A stretch of DNA of 64,000 nucleotides from assembly GCA_037443035.1 (NCBI GenBank), contig JBBIPC010000002.1:1-64000 (forward strand), given 5' to 3'. Source of the DNA: Chthonomonadales bacterium. GTDB taxonomy: Bacteria; Armatimonadota; Chthonomonadetes; Chthonomonadales; CAJBBX01. This document shows, in pieces, positions 30,246 through 42,056 of the stretch. Each line of letters starts with the position of its first letter. Position 1 is the stretch's first letter. The notes beneath the pieces are model-generated. The model was not told the origin of the DNA. It saw nothing but the letters and a program-made list of their open reading frames with translations, and searched no databases. Made by a program: the position numbers and the translations under genes.

Positions 30246-33206
30246 CTATACCGCCATGGCAGCCACGTCCCGCCCTTCGCGGGCCAGGACCTTTCGTAGG
30301 AACTGGCCAGTGTAACTCTCTGGAACGGCGGCAATCTCTTCTGGAGTACCAACTGCCACGACCTGACCTCCGCGGTCTCCGCCCTCGGGGCCCAGGTCAA
30401 TGATGTAATCGGCCGTCTTGATGACGTCCATGTTGTGCTCGATGACGAGGACACTGTTGCCAGCGTCCACGAGCCGATTGAGAACATCGAGGAGTTTCTC
30501 GATGTCGGCGAAGTGCAGGCCGGTCGTCGGTTCGTCGAGGATGTACAGAGTGTTGCCCGTGTCGCGGCGCGAAAGCTCGGCCGCGAGCTTGATCCGCTGA
30601 GCTTCCCCGCCAGACAGAGTGGTGGCCGGCTGCCCCAAACGAATGTAATCCAGACCGACCGCGTGGAGCGTGCCGAGCTTGCGACTGATCCGCGGGATAG
30701 CACCGAACAGCTCTAGGGCCTCGCTCACCGTCATATCCAGGACGTCTGCGATGCTCTTGCCTTTGTAGTGGACCTCCAGTGTCTCGCGATTGTACCGCTT
30801 GCCCTTGCACACCTCGCAGGGAACATAGACGTCCGGGAGGAAGTGCATTTCGATCTTGATGATGCCATCCCCGCGGCAGGCCTCGCATCGCCCTCCGTGA
30901 ACGTTGAACGAGAATCGCCCAGGACTGTAGCCACGTACACGTGCCTCTGGCGTCGCCGCGAACAACTCTCGGATGTGGTCGAAGACGCCGGTGTACGTCG
31001 CGGGATTGGAGCGCGGTGTCCTGCCAATGGGTGACTGGTCTATGTCAATGACTTTGTCCACGTTCTCGATGCCGAGGATCGCGTCGTGAGAAGCCCAGGT
31101 GCTCTGAGTGCCGTGGATGGCACTCATGAGGCGTGGTAGAAGTGTCTCCTGAATCAGGGTGGATTTCCCCGAGCCGGAGACGCCTGTGACACAGACGAAA
31201 ACCCCGAGAGGGATGCGGACATCAATATGCTTCAGGTTGTGGGCACATGCGCCTCGTATCTCTATCCATCCCTTTGGCCGATCTCTCGCAGAGCCTTCGC
31301 TGGATGCGGATGCTTGTGTGACTGCGTGCTCGGGAGGCAGCGGACGCCGCACCAGGGGGACCGCTATGGCGCGCTTGCCGCTCAGGAACTGCCCAGTAAC
31401 GGACTCGGGACACGCAACGATATCCTCGATCGTCCCCTGCGCTACGATTCTGCCGCCGTGCTCGCCAGCGCCCGGTCCGATATCCACGATATGGTCGGCA
31501 GCGTGCATGGTCTCCTCGTCGTGCTCCACCACGATGATTGTGTTGCCCAGATCCCGTAGCGTCTCCAGAGTATTGATAAGCTTGGCGTTGTCCCGCTGAT
31601 GCAGGCCGATGCTGGGTTCGTCCAATATGTAGAGAACACCCATGAGGCCCGAGCCGATCTGCGTCGCCAATCGGATGCGCTGGGCTTCCCCACCTGCGAG
31701 CGTCGTGGCTGACCGATCTAGCGTCAGGTAGTCCAACCCCACGTTTACCAAGAAGCTCAGCCTGGAGCGGATCTCCTTCAGGATCTGCCTTGCGATGGTT
31801 TGCTCACGGGGAGTCAGGCCAAGGGACCCAAAGCGCTCATAGGCTTCTCCCACGGACCATCGGCACATCTCAGCGATATTCATCCCGTCAATCGTGACGG
31901 CCAGGGCTTCCGGCTTGAGGCGCGTGCCCTGACACACGGGACAGGGACGAGTGGAACGGTAACGCTCGAGGTCCTGCTTGATGTAGTCGCTGCTGGTGTC
32001 GTTGTACCGGCGTTCGAGCATGTTGACGACCCCAGCGAACTTGCTATCGAAGCTGCGTATCCGACCCCAGCGATTGCGGAACCGGACGGTAACGTTACCC
32101 TCGAGGCCGTACATGAGCGCGTGGAACTGCTCCGGTGTGAGATCCCGGATGGGAGTATCCAGGCTGAAGCCCATCTCCTCCGCCACGCCGCCGAACAACC
32201 CCAGAAGGTAGTCACCGTAGTTGGCGCCCGGTGTCTTCGGCATGACGGCCACAAGGGCTCCTTGCCGGATGCTGAGGGCTTTATTCGGTACGATCCGATC
32301 CGGATCGAATTCCGTCTTGGTGCCGAGGCCGTGGCATTCGGGGCACGCGCCATACGGACTGTTGAACGAGAAGGTCCTGGGTGCGATTTCTTCCATGCTT
32401 ATCCCGCACACAGAACAGGCGAACCGCTCCGAGAAAAGCATCTCGGACGCTGCCTCCGGCGGCTCCGGACTGCCAGGGGAGGGAAGCACCACCACTGCCA
32501 CGCTTCCATCACCCTTCTTGAGCGCTGTCTCCAGAGAGTCTGCAAGCCGTCGTCCCATGTCGGGCCGCACAACAAGCCGATCCACCACGATATCAATCCA
32601 GTGCTGCTTGTACCGCTCGAGCTCAGGCGGATCGTCCGTACTGAGGTCGTAGATCGTCCCGTCAATTCGGACCCGCGTATAGCCTTCCTTGCGGATGTCC
32701 TCGATTTCCTTGCGGTACTCTCCCTTCCGTCCTTTCACGATGGGCGCGAGGATCTGCAGCCTGGTCCCCGCTGGGAGTTCCGTAATGCGGTCCACCATCT
32801 GCTCGACTGTCTGTTGGGAGATCTCGCGACCACACTGAGGGCAGTGGGGATGGCCAATGCGCGCGAAGAGCAATCGCAGGTAATCGTAGACCTCGGTCAC
32901 GGTGCCCACGGTCGAACGGGGATTGCGGCTGGTGGACTTCTGGTCTATAGCGACAGCCGGCGATAAGCCCTCGATGTAGTCCACGTCGGGCTTGTCCATC
33001 TGCCCCAGGAACTGGCGAGCATACGAGGAGAGGCTCTCGACATACCGCCTCTGTCCTTCGGCGTAAAGGGTATCGAAGGCCAGAGAGGACTTGCCGGAGC
33101 CGGAGATCCCTGTGATCACGATGAGCCGGTCGCGCGGCAGCTCGAGGTCTATGTTCTTGAGATTGTGCTGACGTGCGCCACGAATGACGATTCGGTCCTG
33201 GGGCAT
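30246..33206 (-). CDS. uvrA: Excinuclease ABC subunit A
   Basis: GARQHNLKN, two GxSGSGKS Walker A motifs, [12 protein letters not shown], zinc fingers. Confidence 0.98.
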   Translation of the reverse strand: MPQDRIVIRGARQHNLKNIDLELPRDRLIVITGISGSGKSSLAFDTLYAEGQRRYVESLSSYARQFLGQMDKPDVDYIEGLSPAVAIDQKSTSRNPRSTVGTVTEVYDYLRLLFARIGHPHCPQCGREISQQTVEQMVDRITELPAGTRLQILAPIVKGRKGEYRKEIEDIRKEGYTRVRIDGTIYDLSTDDPPELERYKQHWIDIVVDRLVVRPDMGRRLADSLETALKKGDGSVAVVVLPSPGSPEPPEAASEMLFSERFACSVCGISMEEIAPRTFSFNSPYGACPECHGLGTKTEFDPDRIVPNKALSIRQGALVAVMPKTPGANYGDYLLGLFGGVAEEMGFSLDTPIRDLTPEQFHALMYGLEGNVTVRFRNRWGRIRSFDSKFAGVVNMLERRYNDTSSDYIKQDLERYRSTRPCPVCQGTRLKPEALAVTIDGMNIAEMCRWSVGEAYERFGSLGLTPREQTIARQILKEIRSRLSFLVNVGLDYLTLDRSATTLAGGEAQRIRLATQIGSGLMGVLYILDEPSIGLHQRDNAKLINTLETLRDLGNTIIVVEHDEETMHAADHIVDIGPGAGEHGGRIVAQGTIEDIVACPESVTGQFLSGKRAIAVPLVRRPLPPEHAVTQASASSEGSARDRPKGWIEIRGACAHNLKHIDVRIPLGVFVCVTGVSGSGKSTLIQETLLPRLMSAIHGTQSTWASHDAILGIENVDKVIDIDQSPIGRTPRSNPATYTGVFDHIRELFAATPEARVRGYSPGRFSFNVHGGRCEACRGDGIIKIEMHFLPDVYVPCEVCKGKRYNRETLEVHYKGKSIADVLDMTVSEALELFGAIPRISRKLGTLHAVGLDYIRLGQPATTLSGGEAQRIKLAAELSRRDTGNTLYILDEPTTGLHFADIEKLLDVLNRLVDAGNSVLVIEHNMDVIKTADYIIDLGPEGGDRGGQVVAVGTPEEIAAVPESYTGQFLRKVLAREGRDVAAMAV

Positions 33207-33320
33207 CCGGAAGCTCCTCCGCTCCTAGGGGACAAGCACCATCATTCTATCCGACGAGAGCCGTCGGTTGTGCGGCGCCAACGACGCTGGCTGGTAGCGC
33301 ACGGAGCTGGAAGCTGGGAA

Positions 33321-34061
33321 CTACTCCTCGTCTTCCTCGGGCTTCATGTTGGCCAGTATCTCCTGGGCGTTGAGCCGCCTGAGCACAGGCTCGTCGCCGA
33401 CCAGATGTCCATCCCGAAAACGAATGATCCGCTTGGCATGCATGGCGATGTCGCTTTCGTGTGTGACGAGGACGACCGTCTTTCCAGCGTCATTGAGCCG
33501 CTGGAAAATCGCCATGATCTCCTCGCCTGTCCGTGTGTCTAAGTTGCCCGTAGGCTCATCGCCGAAGATGATAGGTGGGTCGTTGACAAGGGCGCGGGCG
33601 ATGGCAACACGTTGTTGTTGCCCTCCAGACAGTTCGTTGGGCTTGTGATGGGCGCGATCGGCCAGGCCAACCGCCTCAAGAGCCCGCATGGCTGTCTGCT
33701 CTCGGTTCCGGGCACCATTGTAAAGTAGCGGAAGCTCGACGTTGTGGAGAGCCGATGTCCTAGGCAACAGGTTGAATGTCTGGAAGACGAAGCCGATCTT
33801 CTTGTTGCGTATCTCTGCGAGCTGGTTGTCGTTGAGCCTCGCCACCTCGACGCCGTCCAGGCGGTACGATCCAGACGTTGGCTTGTCCAGACAGCCAATG
33901 AGGTTCATGAAGGTGGACTTCCCAGATCCGGACGGCCCCATGATGGCCACGAACTCTCCGTGGTTCACCGTCAGGCTCACGTGCCGAAGCGCCCGCACCT
34001 CCATCTTGCCCATGCGGTAGGTCTTGCAGAGGTCAACGACCTCGATCAGTGGATTGCTCAT
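33321..34061 (-). CDS. ABC transporter ATP-binding protein (MacB/LolD-like)
   Basis: [32 protein letters not shown]. Confidence 0.93.
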   Translation of the reverse strand: MSNPLIEVVDLCKTYRMGKMEVRALRHVSLTVNHGEFVAIMGPSGSGKSTFMNLIGCLDKPTSGSYRLDGVEVARLNDNQLAEIRNKKIGFVFQTFNLLPRTSALHNVELPLLYNGARNREQTAMRALEAVGLADRAHHKPNELSGGQQQRVAIARALVNDPPIIFGDEPTGNLDTRTGEEIMAIFQRLNDAGKTVVLVTHESDIAMHAKRIIRFRDGHLVGDEPVLRRLNAQEILANMKPEEDEE

Positions 34062-34169
34062 CACGCGTGCGCGCGCTCCTTGCTGTACGCCGGATCGGGG
34101 CCGAGGCGCACTCGGCCCCGGAATCATCGTTCCTATAATCGTTGGTTCGTTCGAGGACGGACGTGGGAT

Positions 34170-34760
34170 CTACTTGGCCCGTTTCTCCAGATCCGCAATG
34201 AACTTATCGAGTCTCTGCTTCGCCTGTGCACGGATGCCTTCGAACGGCAGTGTATCTGGATTCAGCGGGTTGTAGTCCTTGGGATCGGGCATCTTGCTGA
34301 TGTCGAACCGGGGTCGCTGACCGCCGGCGGCGCCCGGACCACCGCCCATGCGGGCACCGCCGCCGAAGCCTGGTCCGCCCCGTCCGAACCGCGGTGCCGT
34401 TGCTATCTTCTTGAGCTGGACGTCCGTCAATGGAGCCGTCAGAGCCCGGTTGACTTTGAGTGCGTCCTCATCGCTCATGACTTTCTTCTTGCGCCAGGCT
34501 TTCAAGACCGGAAGGATCTTCTTCGCCTGATCCTTCGTTAGGGCGGTCTTCGGATCCGTTTCCAAAGTTCCGAACGCCATGACGGTCTGGCTGACAGCCG
34601 TGACGTTCCGGTGGTTGGCCCGCCACGTCTCCCACGCCTTGCGTTTCGCCTGAAGCTGCGCCTGCTGCTGCGGGGTCAGGTTGAAGGGATTCTGGGCACT
34701 GGCTGGTAGCGCTGCCAGGACCAGTCCGGATGCTGCTAGGAAAATGAGAGGTCGTTTCAC
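34170..34760 (-). CDS. Secreted helical protein with LTxxQ motifs
   Basis: Signal peptide ending ASA; LTPQQ, LTKDQ and LTDVQ motifs; Gly-rich linker. Confidence 0.7.
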   Translation of the reverse strand: MKRPLIFLAASGLVLAALPASAQNPFNLTPQQQAQLQAKRKAWETWRANHRNVTAVSQTVMAFGTLETDPKTALTKDQAKKILPVLKAWRKKKVMSDEDALKVNRALTAPLTDVQLKKIATAPRFGRGGPGFGGGARMGGGPGAAGGQRPRFDISKMPDPKDYNPLNPDTLPFEGIRAQAKQRLDKFIADLEKRAK

Positions 34761-34772
34761 GTCTTGTTCCTC

Positions 34773-35978
34773 CTATTCGTATCTCAGTGCCTCGATGGGG
34801 TTCAGATTGGATGCCTTCAGAGCAGGGTAGAAACCGAAGAACACTCCGACCAGCGCCGAGAAGCCGTACGCCAGGATGATGGCCGGAATACTGACGATGA
34901 CCTTCCATTCGTTGGCCTCGGCTACCACGCGCGATCCGACAACACCAAAGACCACTCCCAGAAGTCCGCCGACGAGGGACAGGAACATGGCCTCCAGGAG
35001 AAACTGCAGGAGGATGTTCCTGCGCTTTGCGCCGATGGCCTTCCGGATGCCGATCTCGCGAGTCCTCTCGGTGACCGACACCAACATGATGTTCATGATC
35101 CCGATGCCGCCCACGAGAAGCGACACGACTGCGAGATAGGTGATGAGCGCCGAGAAGGTGTCCTGCTGCTCGTTCTGGGTCTCTGCCAGATCTGCCTGGC
35201 TAAAAATGATGAAGTCCGCTGTACCACCCGTGGGGATCTTGTGACGCTTTCTCAGGACCGCGTCTATCTCATCCTGTGCCCGTACCATGAGGCTCTGGCT
35301 CCGGGCCTGGACCGTGATGTTCTGGACATTTTCCATACCAAACAGGCGGCGCATGGCGGTGGTGACGGGCACATAGACCATGTCATCGGGGTTACGGAAG
35401 CCCTGGCCACCTTTCTCCTTGAGCTTGCCAATGACTTGGTAGCTCGTGCCGTTGATGCGGATCGTCTTCCCGACCGGCGATTGTTGATCGAAGAGGTCCT
35501 TCGCGGTCGTGCTACCGAGCACAGCGACGCGTCGAAGCTGCTTGACCTCAGCGTCCCTGAAGTAGCGGCCTTCCTCTACGGGATGGTTGCTGATGACAGG
35601 ATAGTCCGGCCCGTTGCCGTTGATCGTCACCGATGTGTTGCGGTTCTTGTACTTCACCTGAGCTTGACGGTTCACCGCGGGGGAGACCTTGGAGACGGAC
35701 GGACACTCGCGCAGAATGGCCCTGGCATCATCCAGTGTCATCGTGTTCTGAGACCCGAACCCGAAGCTGATGCCCCCGCGGCGCTGCTGGCCGGGGAACA
35801 CCGTCATGACGTTGGTGCCCAGCCGCTGAATGCTCTCTGCCACAGCTTCCCGCGAGCCTTGACCGATGGCGATGGCGATGATGACTGCGCCGACGCCGAT
35901 GATCACCCCAAGCATCGTGAGGAAGGAGCGCAGCTTGTTGCTGGATAGCCCTCTCAGGGCCATGAGCACGGTTACCAT
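34773..35978 (-). CDS. ABC transporter permease (MacB-like)
   Basis: NKLRSFLTMLGVIIGV, VGGIGIMNIMLVSVTERTREIGIRKAIGA, PIEALRYE. Confidence 0.95.
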   Translation of the reverse strand: MVTVLMALRGLSSNKLRSFLTMLGVIIGVGAVIIAIAIGQGSREAVAESIQRLGTNVMTVFPGQQRRGGISFGFGSQNTMTLDDARAILRECPSVSKVSPAVNRQAQVKYKNRNTSVTINGNGPDYPVISNHPVEEGRYFRDAEVKQLRRVAVLGSTTAKDLFDQQSPVGKTIRINGTSYQVIGKLKEKGGQGFRNPDDMVYVPVTTAMRRLFGMENVQNITVQARSQSLMVRAQDEIDAVLRKRHKIPTGGTADFIIFSQADLAETQNEQQDTFSALITYLAVVSLLVGGIGIMNIMLVSVTERTREIGIRKAIGAKRRNILLQFLLEAMFLSLVGGLLGVVFGVVGSRVVAEANEWKVIVSIPAIILAYGFSALVGVFFGFYPALKASNLNPIEALRYE

Positions 35979-36029
35979 CTGCGATTCACCTGGCCTTGCC
36001 TACCAAACAGCACGCCCTAGCTTCCTCGC

Positions 36030-37817
36030 CTAGCGTATGCGGCCCGCGCCGCGCATGCCGCCCGGTCCTCCACCACCGAACGGGCTGCCGGCAGTCTCCG
36101 GTGCTGGCTCGATCTTCTGCACCACCACCATGTCGCCAGGCTTGACACCGTTGACGATCTCCGTCGTCTCGTTGCCTTCCAATCCAACCTCGATGGGCTG
36201 GCGCCTGACTTTCACATCCACAAGCAGGGATGGATCGGCAGGCTCGCCTGTCTTCGGGTCAGGAGGGGCCGGCCTACCTTTGTTCAAGGCGAGTTCCACA
36301 TACTGCCCCTGGTCGTCCGTCCGGATGGCTTCGTTGGGCACCATCACCACATCGTCCTTCTTCTGGCTCACGAACTCGCACGTGGCGTTCATGCCAGGCT
36401 TCAACAGGCGGAAGGAGACATCGCTGTTATCAATCTCCACGCGGACGTGCACCGTGGTTACGTTCTGCTCCACAACTGCCTGCGGGTCCACTCGGGACAC
36501 GGTGCCTCGGAAGGGCAGACTTGGATAGGCCTCGATGGTAACCTCGACCTCCTGTCCTTCGTCAACGTTGGCGATATCCGTCTCGTCTACGGTGACATCC
36601 ACGTACATGCGGGTAACGTCACCAAGCTGCAGAATGTTGTTGCCCGTTGCTGCGAACGACAGGGCAGATGAGATGATGGTCCCCTCCTCCACGTACTTGG
36701 TGAGAATGACGCCGTCCGCCGGAGCGCGCACAATGGTTTGATCGAGGGTGATCAGCGCGTTCGTAAGCGTCGCCTGCGAGCGTGCCTTGGAGGCGCGTGC
36801 TGTGTCTATGTCCAGCCGGCGGATGGGCACATTGGCTAGGTTGGCTCTCGCCTGGTTCAGGTTGGTCTCAGCCTGCGCGACGCTCGCCTCGGCCTGTCGG
36901 AAGGCAGCTTCGGCCTCCATGAGCGCCAGCTTGCGGTTCTGCACGTCTACTGCTTGGGCCTTAGCCGACGCCAGTTGGGCCTGGGCTTGGTTCACGCGGG
37001 CATCGGCTGCGTCTCTCTCAGCCTTCTGTTGAGCATCCAGGGTGCGGAGCTTCTCTGCCGCCGAAGCCACCTGAGCTACGGTCACGGCGTAGGACGCTTC
37101 TGCTGCATCCACCGTCTGTTTCGCCACGAACCCCTTCTCTAGGAGCGTACGGTAGCGCGCCAAATCGGCCGCACTCTTCTTTCGATTTGCCTCTGCCTGA
37201 TCCAGCGCCGACTGAGCAGACGCACGCTCTTGGGACTGGGTAGCATCCAACTGCTTCCGCTGCTGCAGAGCCGACTGCAGGTTGGCCTCGGCCTGCTCGA
37301 TAGCTGCTTGAGTCACGGCTGGCTGCGTGGTTGCGGTGTTGCGTGCACTGTCCAACCGCGCCTTGGCAGCTGCCCGCGATGCTCGCGCAGTGGCCAGTTG
37401 GGACTCCGCGGTCTGTATGGCCAGATCGCTGAGTTTCTTCTGCAGCACGTAGGTCTCCTCGTTCTGCTTCTCCCGCGCCTTGGCGGCCTCCACATCAGCG
37501 CGTGCGGTACCTACAGAGAGTTGTGTATCGCTGGGATCGATTTTCGCCAGGACCTGGCCCTTGGTAACGCGGCTGCCAATATCCACCAGGAGCGCATCCA
37601 CCCGTCCACCGGCCTTGGACTTGATGTCTACGGTGCGCCAGGGCTTGAGAACGCCCGTTGCCGAGACCGTCTTCTTGACGGTACCGATCTCCACCTGTCC
37701 CAACTTGTATTGGGTAAGCTGACTGGCCTTCGGTGCACGCAAGCGCGCCCAAGCCCACCAGCCACCGACCACGAGAACGGTCGCGATGATAGCGCCGACG
37801 ATGAAACGCTTGAGCAC
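36030..37817 (-). CDS. Efflux periplasmic adaptor (MacA/HlyD-like) with long coiled coil
   Basis: N-terminal TM, lipoyl half-motifs (GSRVTKGQVLAKID; IVRAPADGVI), VDETDI, LKPGMNA. Confidence 0.9.
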   Translation of the reverse strand: MLKRFIVGAIIATVLVVGGWWAWARLRAPKASQLTQYKLGQVEIGTVKKTVSATGVLKPWRTVDIKSKAGGRVDALLVDIGSRVTKGQVLAKIDPSDTQLSVGTARADVEAAKAREKQNEETYVLQKKLSDLAIQTAESQLATARASRAAAKARLDSARNTATTQPAVTQAAIEQAEANLQSALQQRKQLDATQSQERASAQSALDQAEANRKKSAADLARYRTLLEKGFVAKQTVDAAEASYAVTVAQVASAAEKLRTLDAQQKAERDAADARVNQAQAQLASAKAQAVDVQNRKLALMEAEAAFRQAEASVAQAETNLNQARANLANVPIRRLDIDTARASKARSQATLTNALITLDQTIVRAPADGVILTKYVEEGTIISSALSFAATGNNILQLGDVTRMYVDVTVDETDIANVDEGQEVEVTIEAYPSLPFRGTVSRVDPQAVVEQNVTTVHVRVEIDNSDVSFRLLKPGMNATCEFVSQKKDDVVMVPNEAIRTDDQGQYVELALNKGRPAPPDPKTGEPADPSLLVDVKVRRQPIEVGLEGNETTEIVNGVKPGDMVVVQKIEPAPETAGSPFGGGGPGGMRGAGRIR

Positions 37818-39163
37818 TACGACTTGCCTCCTGTCCAGTAGGGATCGTTGTCACCGACCGCACGCTTGAGCCTTGCATCTGCCGTGTGGTAGTCGTACAG
37901 CGATTGGACGAGGTTCGTCTCGGCCTGAACTAGCTGAGCGCGTGCCGTGATGACATCCACCACTGTCTGCACGCCTTCTCGGTATCCAGCAGATGCTGCT
38001 TCGTAGTTGGCCTTGGCAGCCTCGACCGCGCTGCGCGCGGCACTGACACGTTGACGTGCTTCTTCCCTCGAGAGATACGCCTCCTCGACCGCCAGATGCA
38101 CCTCCTGCCGAGCCAGAGCGAGCTGCTGCTGCGATTGCTTCACGCTCTCTTCGGCAGACCGGACTCGCGCTCGCGACGCTCCACCATCGAAGAGAGGAAA
38201 GCTCAGAGACGCCAACAAGACGTTGTCAGAGCCGGGATCCGGGTCGAAACGGTAGCCGGCTGTGAGGTTCGCCTCCACAACCGGTCCGGCGTTGATTCGC
38301 GCGACACGGGCAGATGCCCTGTCGGCGTCGATGAGTGCAAGATCCCGTTTCAGGTCTGGCCGGTTGTCCAGGGCCCGCGTCACGAAGACGCTCACTGGTT
38401 CCGGCTTGGCCGTCTCATCTGGCCATGGCGGGGTGGTCTCGGCAGCCGTCACAGTCTCCGTGGTGTCCAGGCCGATGGCATTTCGCAGAGAGACTTCCGC
38501 AAGCCGGACGTCGTTGTTTGCCACGCTGAGCTGAACTAGGGCGTTCCTGTAGTCCGCTTCGGCTTGAAGCACATCTATCTGCCGGACGGTACCCGCCTCC
38601 GCGAAGGCTTTGGTCGCATCGTACGTGGTCTTCGCTCGCTCGACGGCTGTCTCCTGTACGCGGAGCAGCTCGCGCCGTCGGAGTAGCTCGTAATACGCCG
38701 TGGTGACGTTGAGAACGACCGTCTGACGGGTGTTTTGCAGGCTGTACACCGAAGCAGTCACAGAGCTTCGCGCTGCCGCGACTCCTGCCTCCCGCTTGCC
38801 CATGTCGAAGACAAGCTGATTCAGTGCCAGAGACGTCTCCGACCTCTCGGAGCGTGTGGTGGTTGTCAGGCCGCCTAGACGATACGAGCTACGACGACTG
38901 GTATAGTCGAGACTGGGCGTAAGCTGCGGGAAGTAGGATGAGCTGGTCTCGACCAGACGAGCCCGCGAGGAAGCTACCTGGCTGGCGGCCATTCGAACTT
39001 GCGGCTGGACCCGCAGCGCTAGCTCGATCGCCTCACTCAGCGTGAGCTTGCGCACCGCGGGCCTCTCCTGAGCGACGGAAGGAACTGACGCGCAAACGAC
39101 CGCCCAAAGAGCTGCGGTCGTCAACGAGAACCGTAACGTGTCTGGTATCATTCGTGATGCCAT
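37817..39163 (-). CDS. TolC family outer membrane protein
   Basis: LTLSEAIELAL, FPQL, LSFPLFDGG, YREG...DVITA. Start uncertain (39151-39205). Confidence 0.88.
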   Translation of the reverse strand: MASRMIPDTLRFSLTTAALWAVVCASVPSVAQERPAVRKLTLSEAIELALRVQPQVRMAASQVASSRARLVETSSSYFPQLTPSLDYTSRRSSYRLGGLTTTTRSERSETSLALNQLVFDMGKREAGVAAARSSVTASVYSLQNTRQTVVLNVTTAYYELLRRRELLRVQETAVERAKTTYDATKAFAEAGTVRQIDVLQAEADYRNALVQLSVANNDVRLAEVSLRNAIGLDTTETVTAAETTPPWPDETAKPEPVSVFVTRALDNRPDLKRDLALIDADRASARVARINAGPVVEANLTAGYRFDPDPGSDNVLLASLSFPLFDGGASRARVRSAEESVKQSQQQLALARQEVHLAVEEAYLSREEARQRVSAARSAVEAAKANYEAASAGYREGVQTVVDVITARAQLVQAETNLVQSLYDYHTADARLKRAVGDNDPYWTGGKS

Positions 39164-39340
39164 CCGGAAATGGCCACCTCCCCACATGAAGCCGGCTCCT
39201 CGCACCGAACGCTCACGGCGGACGTGCGGGAACCTTGTCAGGAATACGCACCCGGCATCGGTTCGTTTCGGCTAGTAACTATGACATTCTCGGCAGACGC
39301 TGGTAACACCTTCTGTCCCATGCCAGCCTGCGGACGCGCC

Positions 39341-39370
39341 TTGACCGGCGGCTTGGCACGGGGCTATAAT
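39341..39370 (+). promoter_or_regulatory. sigma70 promoter of nuo operon
   Basis: TTGACC-N18-TATAAT, 44 nt upstream of the nuoA ATG. Confidence 0.7.
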
Positions 39371-39414
39371 CGTTACCGTTTTGCGATGCAAAGGAACCAT
39401 CGAGTACTGAGCCC

Positions 39415-39768
39415 ATGTTAGCGTATCTTACGGCGGCGATGTTCACCGTGGCTGGCTTCGCCTTCGTTGCGTCGACGCTTATCCTCTCGCGCTTCCTGCG
39501 TCCGGCTGCACCGAACCCCGAGAAGCTCGAGACGTACGAGTGCGGGCCGCTCCCATTTGGCGATGCGTGGCAGCAGTTCAATATGCACTACTACCTTTTC
39601 GCCCTGTTGTTTGTCGTGTTCGAGGTGGAAGCCGCATTCCTCTACCCGTGGGCGTTGGCGTACAAGCAGGTGGGTCTGTACGCCGTTGTCGAGATGATCC
39701 TGTTCGTAGGGCTGCTGGCATTCGGATGGGCATACGCATGGCGCCGCGGCGCCTTGGAGTGGGAATGA
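39415..39768 (+). CDS. nuoA: NADH-quinone oxidoreductase subunit A
   Basis: [28 protein letters not shown]. Confidence 0.95.
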   Translation: MLAYLTAAMFTVAGFAFVASTLILSRFLRPAAPNPEKLETYECGPLPFGDAWQQFNMHYYLFALLFVVFEVEAAFLYPWALAYKQVGLYAVVEMILFVGLLAFGWAYAWRRGALEWE

Positions 39769-40322
39769 TGGCGCCCCGGCTGACGCAAGAGGAAGTAGAC
39801 AGCTGGCGCGTTCCCATTCCTGGTGGCTCCATTCTCATGGCACCCATAGACAGGCTGGCCCAATGGGCGCGCAGCAACTCCCTCTGGTCGCTGACGTTCG
39901 GCCTCTCGTGTTGCGCTATCGAGATGATGGCCACAGCAGCTTCCCGATACGATCTGGACCGGTTCGGCACGATCTTCCGAGCGACCCCCCGCCAGGCCGA
40001 TGTGATGATCGTCGCTGGTTGGGTATCGGTGAAAATGGCTCCGTTCATTCGCCGCCTCTACGACCAGATGCCGGAACCCAAGTACGTGATCGCCATGGGT
40101 GGATGCGCGTCCGCGGGTGGCCCGTATCGAGATAGCATTACCATCGTCAAGGGAGTGGATCGGTTCGTACCCGTGGACGTGTATGTCTACGGATGCCCAC
40201 CGAGACCGGAGAACCTGATCCATGGCATCCGACTCCTCCAGGAGAAGATACGGCAGGAGCACGCGCTCAGTCGGCGCGGCCAACGAACCGAGGGCCGAGA
40301 GCCCATCACGGTGGGTGGATAG
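39765..40322 (+). CDS. nuoB: NADH-quinone oxidoreductase subunit B
   Basis: [31 protein letters not shown] overlap with nuoA. Confidence 0.95.
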   Translation: MMAPRLTQEEVDSWRVPIPGGSILMAPIDRLAQWARSNSLWSLTFGLSCCAIEMMATAASRYDLDRFGTIFRATPRQADVMIVAGWVSVKMAPFIRRLYDQMPEPKYVIAMGGCASAGGPYRDSITIVKGVDRFVPVDVYVYGCPPRPENLIHGIRLLQEKIRQEHALSRRGQRTEGREPITVGG

Positions 40323-40328
40323 TAGGCA

Positions 40329-40862
40329 GTGGAAGAGCGGCCGGCGGCGAGCAGCGGGAGTACGCCTGATCTCACTCACGTCCTAGAGGCACTCCGCACA
40401 GCTGCGGGGGATGGTCTCGTGGCTGTGGATGTTGCCGCCGGAACTCTTCGCGTCGAGGTAGGCAGGGCAGGTCTGCACGCCGTCGCCTGCGTGCTCCGCG
40501 ATCATCCGGACTGTCTCCTGACCTATCCCGCCGACCTTTGCGCCACTGACACAGGCGACGCCATCGTTCTCTGGTATCGGCTCTGGAGTATGGCGCGCCG
40601 CATTACGGCGATCATTACCGTGAACTTGCCCCGCGAAACGCCAGAGGTCGTCACGCTCACGGATGTCTGGCCCGGTCTCGACTGGCACGAGCGAGAGACT
40701 TTCGATCTTTTCGGGGTGCACTTCGTCGGCCACCCGCGGGTCCAGGACCCTGCACGCATGCGGATCCTCTTACCAGAGGACTGGGTGGGGCATCCGTTCC
40801 GCAAGGATTACGAGCCTGTCTTCTCCGACGATCCTCTGCACGGGCCTCAGGAGACGAACTGA
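40329..40862 (+). CDS. nuoC: NADH-quinone oxidoreductase subunit C
   Basis: [24 protein letters not shown]. Confidence 0.92.
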   Translation: MEERPAASSGSTPDLTHVLEALRTAAGDGLVAVDVAAGTLRVEVGRAGLHAVACVLRDHPDCLLTYPADLCATDTGDAIVLWYRLWSMARRITAIITVNLPRETPEVVTLTDVWPGLDWHERETFDLFGVHFVGHPRVQDPARMRILLPEDWVGHPFRKDYEPVFSDDPLHGPQETN

Positions 40863-40877
40863 TGATGAGAAGCGGCT

Positions 40878-42056
40878 ATGTCGCCTGAGAAGGAGCCCGC
40901 CCTCGCGCAGTCAGTCTGCGGTCCCGAGTGCCTTCTGTCCAGGGAGCTGCCGGGTACCGACTCGATTGGTCAGAGCATGACCATCAACCTGGGTCCGCAG
41001 CACCCTTCGACCCATGGAGTGCTCAGGCTCCTCGTCGAGCTGGATGGAGAGTACGTCCGCTCATGCGATCCTGTCATTGGCTATCTCCATCGTGGCCTCG
41101 AGCGCATGCTTGCAGCCAGACCGTACCGCCAGACGATTCCGTTCACCGATCGGCTCGATTATCTGTCCTCCCTGAACTGCAACCTGGCCATCTCGCAGGC
41201 CATCGAGCGCTTGGCGAACATCGAGGTGCCGGAGCGCGCGCAGTATATTCGGGTGCTGCTCTGCGAGCTGAATCGCATTGCAAGCCATCTCGTCTTTCTC
41301 GGCACCTTCGCCAGTGACGTTGGCGCGACGAGTGTGCTCCTCTACGCGTTCCGCGAACGTGAACGGATTCTGGACCTGCTCGAGGCCATGACTGGCGCGC
41401 GACTGACCTACAACTGGATCCGACCTGGCGGTGTGCCAGCCGACCTGCCGGAAGGCTTCGAGGATGGTGTGCGCCGGTTTCTCCGGGTGTTTCTTCCGGA
41501 GCTGAATAGCTATGACAGGCTCTTGACGGGAAATGCGGTCTTCCGTATGCGCACGGAAGGCGTTGGCATCATCCCCACGCAATGCGCGCTTGCCTACGGC
41601 GCGTCGGGCCCGGTGGCGCGCGGTTCTGGCTTGGATTTCGATGTCCGCAAGACCGATCCGTACGAGGTCTACGAGCGGTTGGAGTTCGACGTACCCGTGT
41701 TTTCAGAAGGCGACTGCATGGCTCGCTACAGAGTCCGCATGGAGGAAATGCGCCAGAGCGCTCGCATCATCGAGCAGTGTCTGCGGGACATGCCGGATGG
41801 GGACATCAGTACGAAGCTTCCCAAGGTTTTCCGACCTCCCGCAGGAGAAGCGTATTCCCGTACGGAGTCGCCACGCGGAGAACTCAGCTTCTACATCCGG
41901 AGCAATGGCGGTCCGCAGCCGGAACGTGTGCACATCCGCGCCCCGTCGTTCGTCCATCTCAGCATGCTGCCTGAACTTCTTCGCGGTGTGAAACTGGCTG
42001 ATATCATCGCCATCCTTGGCAGTCTCGATCCAGTCATGGGAGAGGTGGACCGGTGA
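40878..42056 (+). CDS. nuoD: NADH-quinone oxidoreductase subunit D
   Basis: NLGPQHPSTHGVLRL, GYLHRG, DRLDYLS, GEVDR; no NiFe CxxC motifs. Confidence 0.95.
   Translation: MSPEKEPALAQSVCGPECLLSRELPGTDSIGQSMTINLGPQHPSTHGVLRLLVELDGEYVRSCDPVIGYLHRGLERMLAARPYRQTIPFTDRLDYLSSLNCNLAISQAIERLANIEVPERAQYIRVLLCELNRIASHLVFLGTFASDVGATSVLLYAFRERERILDLLEAMTGARLTYNWIRPGGVPADLPEGFEDGVRRFLRVFLPELNSYDRLLTGNAVFRMRTEGVGIIPTQCALAYGASGPVARGSGLDFDVRKTDPYEVYERLEFDVPVFSEGDCMARYRVRMEEMRQSARIIEQCLRDMPDGDISTKLPKVFRPPAGEAYSRTESPRGELSFYIRSNGGPQPERVHIRAPSFVHLSMLPELLRGVKLADIIAILGSLDPVMGEVDR

Noticed and set aside
40878..42056. Group 4 NiFe hydrogenase large subunit
   Set aside because: It lacks both CxxC nickel-binding motifs and has complex I quinone-site motifs instead.
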